Origin: Eremomyces bilateralis CBS 781.70
Taxonomy: Eukaryota
Strand: one strand, 5' to 3'
Length of the DNA stretch: 64,000 bases
NCBI GenBank assembly: GCA_010015585.1
Contig: ML975149.1
Below the pieces are notes generated by a model, which made no database searches, was not told the origin of the DNA, and saw only the letters and a program-made list of their open reading frames with translations. Within the stretch, counting starts at the first letter, position 1. Each line of letters begins with the position of its first letter. Made by a program: the position numbers and the translations under genes. Shown here piece by piece: positions 58,907 through 64,000 of this stretch.

Positions 58907-59960
58907 GGCGTTGTGATCTTTTCTCGTGAGAGACGGTTGGGCTCAGTGTGGACAGGGTAGAGGCTGGTTTGGCTTTCTGACTCAATATTGTAAAGGTCTT
59001 TGAAGGAACTGGTTACGGTAGAGGGAGTTATCCTGTTCGTTCCAGTGGTGGAGATATCTCGCGACAACCGAATTTAATATTCAACTTCATGCTAAAAGAT
59101 CGATCGACACCTCCCTCCCTACCTGCTGGCGTGCCATCCCGGTGCGAACTCCTGATCCTGTCAGCACTGCAAGGCTCAACTCATCAACTGCAACTCTGCA
59201 CTGGGAGTCTGAGACATCAAGATCATTAGTGAATAATTATATCATTGGTAAAAATTCCGTGGAGGAGCCAGGAGCCAAGAGATCGACGTCAGCCAAGGCA
59301 GGCGCGGGTTGAACAACCTGCCAACACCATCCGCGCTAGGACAGACCAGTGGACGCTAATTATGGCCTGATGCACGGGACTGGGACAACGCTAACCGTAA
59401 CAGGCGTGGTTCTGCGCTACGCTAACCATATAAAGCGTCGCGTCTTTTCCCGTTCCCTGTCCCTTCTTCACAACTTTACTTCTCCAACCACTCGTGCCAC
59501 TGCACTGCATGTCCCGAACCCGAACCCCATGCAATCGCACAGGAACGATAATAATGAGCCCATGGTAGGTTGAATTCCGTGCAGTGGCTGAGCTCAGAAG
59601 CTGAGTCGGAGAGTCTGCTGCTCTGCTCATCCCTCACCATCATAGATGGCCAAAGAGGGGTCATAATGTAAAGCTTTAAGAGAGCGGCTCTGAGCTCCTT
59701 CGCCATGATGGACAGTGTATCATACTTGTAGGTACCGATACTTGGGCAACTCCTTGGCTTTGATCATACTGCGGCGTCATCGCGCATCGACTACCCTATG
59801 GTACTGACGCTGTTCTCTCATATTAATAATCACGCCTAATTTAATGTGAGCGCTCCATCACCGCATGCAAGCTCCCCCTCGGAACGTCTCCGATCATCTA
59901 TCGTTTCCCCTTCGGGCTCTATGTCGCGCTCGATTCCACACCGGTGACACCACAAAGGAA

Positions 59961-61526
59961 ATGCCTGGGGTTCCCTCCAGTCGAGCATGCGATGCATGCC
60001 GCAAACAGAGGAAAAATGTATAGTTCCATTCCACGTAATCCCGAGCACCGCACGCGCCGCTAATCATGACGAAGTGCGATCAACAACGACCTGCGTGTTC
60101 GAGATGTGCCCGCCTTCAGATTGCCTGCGTTGGTGCTGGCAAACAGCGATTCAAATTTGCGGAGAATCTAACCATCGAGCATCTGGAGAGCCGCCGCTCG
60201 AGCAGTAACCCCTCTCCACGCCGTTCCCTGGAGGCCGCTGCACAGCCTGCACTTGCTATGCCAGCGGCACCGAGCAATGAATTGACCTTGGTGACCGCCG
60301 CCTTCCTCTCCACCCTTCAGGTGACAGACATTCGCTTCGACCCGACTGTCTATGGCGAATTTCTTAAAGACATCCCGAGACGGCTTGGGACAAATGCCGC
60401 TCTCGATGCTTCCGTACACACATTTTCAGTGGCGTTCCCTCAAGTCTATTCTCATAAGAAGAGCCCGGATGTGGTGGAGAGTTATTCTCGAGCCTTAGCT
60501 GCGCTCAGAACGAGCTTGGACAGGCCTAGTGAGGCAAGCTCAATAAATACATTATGCGCAATTTACTTGATGATAATATGTCAGGTCTGTACGAGCAATG
60601 AGTGCCCTGACGCTCAGATACTGATGTCAGTGCAGGCCTGGATGGGCGATTTCATTCTCACAGGACACGGAGAACTTTTGTCCCAGCTGCTGAGAACCGT
60701 AGCGAACCAAAATTGGGATGATAATTTCGACTACGAGGTACTGCTCACCTTGTGCGTTCCTGTGGTAAGTTGCATATCCACCCAACGCTTTCGGATCGGG
60801 CTTACTCACCGATACCTGTAGATTGTCGAAAGCATTGGCAACCCGAGAATTCACGTGCAGCCTTGGCTTGACAAGCTGGTGGGCAAACGCGAGCAGGCCA
60901 TTCCAATGAAGAGCATGAGATTAACCCAGCTCGCAAAGATCCAGCAGTTCCTCAATGATCCGTACGCCCATGAAGCAGACATCAGACTCACTTATCAGCA
61001 ATTAGGGTTCGACCTGCACAGGATCCAGCAGGTAATACTCCCTAAAATATCGAAAACAGACCAGACCGTAAAAATGCGTTCTCGCTTTCAAGTTATCTAT
61101 AGCATTTTATTGTCCTATGCTACGATCTTGAACACCATACTCTGCCGGTGCTTCGAGCCTTACAACCCTATCCTCACCACTGAAGGCCTGACTTTGGTTG
61201 ACGGCATCGTCCGCCTCGCAGAAGATGCTACCCAATACCGGCCTCTAGGATCGAGTGGAATGCCACTGATGTGAGTATCACGTCGTACACCCGAACGAAC
61301 GTGATGGAATGCTAACTTGATAAGGCTGATGGCTGTATGGCCGGCAGCGAAAGGGACCACCCAGCAGACCCGAGTTGAAGAGCTTATGACCGAGTACAAG
61401 TCCGATTTCCCTACGACGAGCTGGCAACAGGTTTCGCTGTGGTTGGAAAGTCGAATGAACAACAATTCGAAAACCAGGGCACTAAAAGATATGGGCCCTG
61501 TAGCAGATGCGTGTTCGACCATGTAG
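59961..61526 (+). CDS. Zn(II)2Cys6 transcription factor, 5 exons
   Basis: Spliced MPGVPSSRACDACRKQRKN|CDQQRPACSRCARLQIAC (intron 60018-60074), with DIPRRLGTNAALDAS and QYRPLGS. Confidence 0.85.
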
Positions 61527-62553
61527 AGGGAATGAGAGCTCCAACATGAAATTTTTAATAGACGTATCTTCACGAAGCTCCAGTTATCAACTATGGAGTC
61601 TGGTGGCTGAATATTGCCAACCAATGAAACGTGGCAGTATATTCTCAACTTCCGATTCTGATAGATATACACTCATCTGAACATCGCGACACTGCGAAAC
61701 CTGACGACATCTGGAAACCGGTCTCGTGATTCTAGATCAATAAATATAGAGATTCCCGCCGGTCTCTACCGGAATATACTCGAATCGCTCTCTTTTTTGT
61801 AATTGGTATGCCTGTTTGAATCCAGCGTCATTGATTGGTGTTTCTTAAAATCTAATAATTTTGGCTCTAAGTACAACCGGCAGCCCGGTTTCCGGTTATC
61901 GTCATGTTTTGCGTCATCTATTCTATACCCTCACTCGCTTCATTTCGTGGTGATTCAGTGCTGCTGTGGCGACTGGTGAGACTGACCAGTACGTCGCTAT
62001 AGAGCAGAGCCTCTTGGCGGATCCACATCTGGGAGCGGGAGGGACGAACTTCGCGTTCCGACGGTTCCGTTCACACTGCGCAGCACGTGCAGAACCCCTG
62101 GCCGCTACCGATACGGTCAGCACAGGCATGTAATATTTCCCCTTTTGGAAATACACCGCGCTCTGTGGGCCGCTGTGGCTGCGGAAAACTTGCACTGTGG
62201 CATCATGACATGGTATCGCATACACAGATGTCGAGTCGACCATGGAGTTGGTACTTGGTGCTGATTATTTTACCACTATGCGCTGTGGAGCTTTCCGCTT
62301 TCCCCAAATCTCGGGCCTTGACTCTTCAGCCGCATTCCTGCAATCACAGCCACAAGTCTCGCAGATGGGTAAAGATAGATCAAACCAACCGCAATTGGGG
62401 TGATGTTGCGCTTCCTGATGATGATGGCCTTTGGCACTGGCGCTACGTCCACTATCATCATGTTGCCTCAGCATTATATAAAGGAGTTGACCCGCTGGAT
62501 TGGATGAATTTCTCTGGCTCGAACCACAATCAGATATCATTATCATAACCACC

Positions 62554-64000
62554 ATGCGCACGACTTCGTCAATCTTCGCACTCGCCCTTCTCACGGGCAG
62601 CTATGCCATACCCCACGGGCAGCTCCAAAACCGACTGGCAGGTATCCAATGGGCCGATTGTCCACCAGAACTCAACGCCTTCGACCCGCATGGTCGCACG
62701 TTCGGGTGCGGAACATTGGAAGTTCCCTTGGACTATACAGGAGAAATCCCTGGCACTCTGAAGCTTGACTTACTCAAGGTTCCAGCAATGAAAGAGTCCA
62801 AGAAGGGGAGCATCCTCTTCAACTGGGGCGGTCCTGGTGGCGATGGAGTCTTCAACATGGCCAGCGCATCACCGATAGTTCAGCCGTAAGATATTAACTG
62901 CTTTATTCGCTTGCTGCTTATACTGACCTTACAAGTATGACTGGTGGTGAACACGACCTTATCAGCTGGGATCCTCGGTATGTCTCGCTTCCGAAGCCCA
63001 TTTCTACATCGATGGACTGACGCGTCTACAGAGGTACCGGTGAGACGCTCGCCTACAACTGCTATCCCAACGCCACCGATAGAGCTGCAACTGTCCGTTG
63101 GCACCATGGACAGTTTGCTAATGCGAGCGAGGCTGCTCTTGGACGAACGTGGGCTGAGGGCAAAATTCTTGCGGATGATTGCGCTGAGACGTTGAAAGAT
63201 ATTGGCAGCCTTGTCGGCACTGCTTTTACAGTCAGAGATATGTTCCAGATCGTTGACGCTCTTGGAGAGGACGGGAAACTGCGGTACTGGGGTAAGGCTT
63301 CACAGCGATGAAATGGCGATTGGTGTCATTCTAATTTGACCTTTAGGGTTTTCATATGGCACTACACTTGGAGCGACGGCTCTGGCCATGTTCCCCGATC
63401 GGATAGACAGGGCGATCCTGGACGGCGTTCAGAATCCTATGCAGCACTATCACACATTGTAAGCTTTCCCGCCCCGTTCACGGGACCAGAGACTGACGCT
63501 TCCTCGTAGCGGTGACCCTGAAATGTACACGGATTCCGACGAAACATGGCAAGAGTTCCTCAAAGCTTGCATGGAAAACCCGAACGCCTGCGCATTGGCA
63601 AAGCACGCATCGAGCGCCGGAGAGCTTGGTGAGAAGATCGATCGCCTCATCGACAACCTCAAAGAAGAGCCTATTCCCGCCGGACAGTCCATCTTCGGCT
63701 ATTCGGAGATCAAGGGCCTCATGATCGGCAAACTCTACTATCCGTCCCAATACAGCGACCTTGCCGATCAGCTCGAATGGATGCTCACCCGGAATATCAC
63801 GGCATTCTCAGGCCTTAGCGGCATAGAAGACCCACAAACTGTCGCCGCGGCCACCAGTCCCGAAGCTCTTTTTGGCATCCGATGCTCAGACAAGGTTCCG
63901 AGAACCGACAACCTCGAGCTCGTCCGTGCGGAACTCGAGGGCCAGATCTACAGGACGAGCACTATCTTCGGTGACACTCCCACCAACACCATGACTGCCT
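62554..64000 (+). CDS. Secreted TAP-like alpha/beta hydrolase (peptidase), truncated by window end
   Basis: Signal peptide MRTTSSIFALALLTGSYA, CGTLEVPLDY, ILFNWGGPGG, WDPRGTG, nucleophile motif YWGFSYGT, and AMFPDRIDRAILDGV. Multiple introns. Confidence 0.9.

Overview
Genomic DNA of a filamentous ascomycete (Pezizomycotina): short GT-AG introns with CTAAC/CTGAC branch points, Zn2Cys6 factors and HET/NLR remnants. The window has three parts. (1) 1-2.6 kb: a degenerate ankyrin-repeat gene tail, a 5'-truncated LINE and an assembly gap. (2) About 5-39.7 kb: a conserved core block with tRNA-Asp, an HMG-box TF, RRP42, a TTC1-like TPR protein, a HAD phosphatase, p23/Sba1, a large protein with an N-terminal TPP1/Est3-like OB fold, FAB1, a GPR1/FUN34 acetate transporter, BolA and an ACSF3-like acyl-CoA synthetase. 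(3) About 39.9-59 kb: an accessory, TE-riddled island. It holds a HET pseudogene, an isochorismatase-family hydrolase, a Zn2Cys6 TF, a pogo transposase remnant, an intact single-chain BC-BCCP-CT (LCC-like) biotin carboxylase, a nested foldback/LINE/solo-LTR pile, a Mug135-like gene frameshifted by a 19-bp duplication, and enoyl-reductase and NACHT-WD40 remnants. A second Zn2Cys6 TF and a secreted TAP-like hydrolase follow. The most interesting leads are the possible hydrolase/TF/LCC catabolic module inside what may be a derelict giant mobile element, and the TPP1-like gene with a SIM-like repeat array and a G-quadruplex-forming, telomere-like repeat upstream. All family assignments come from motif recognition by eye; no database searches were run.
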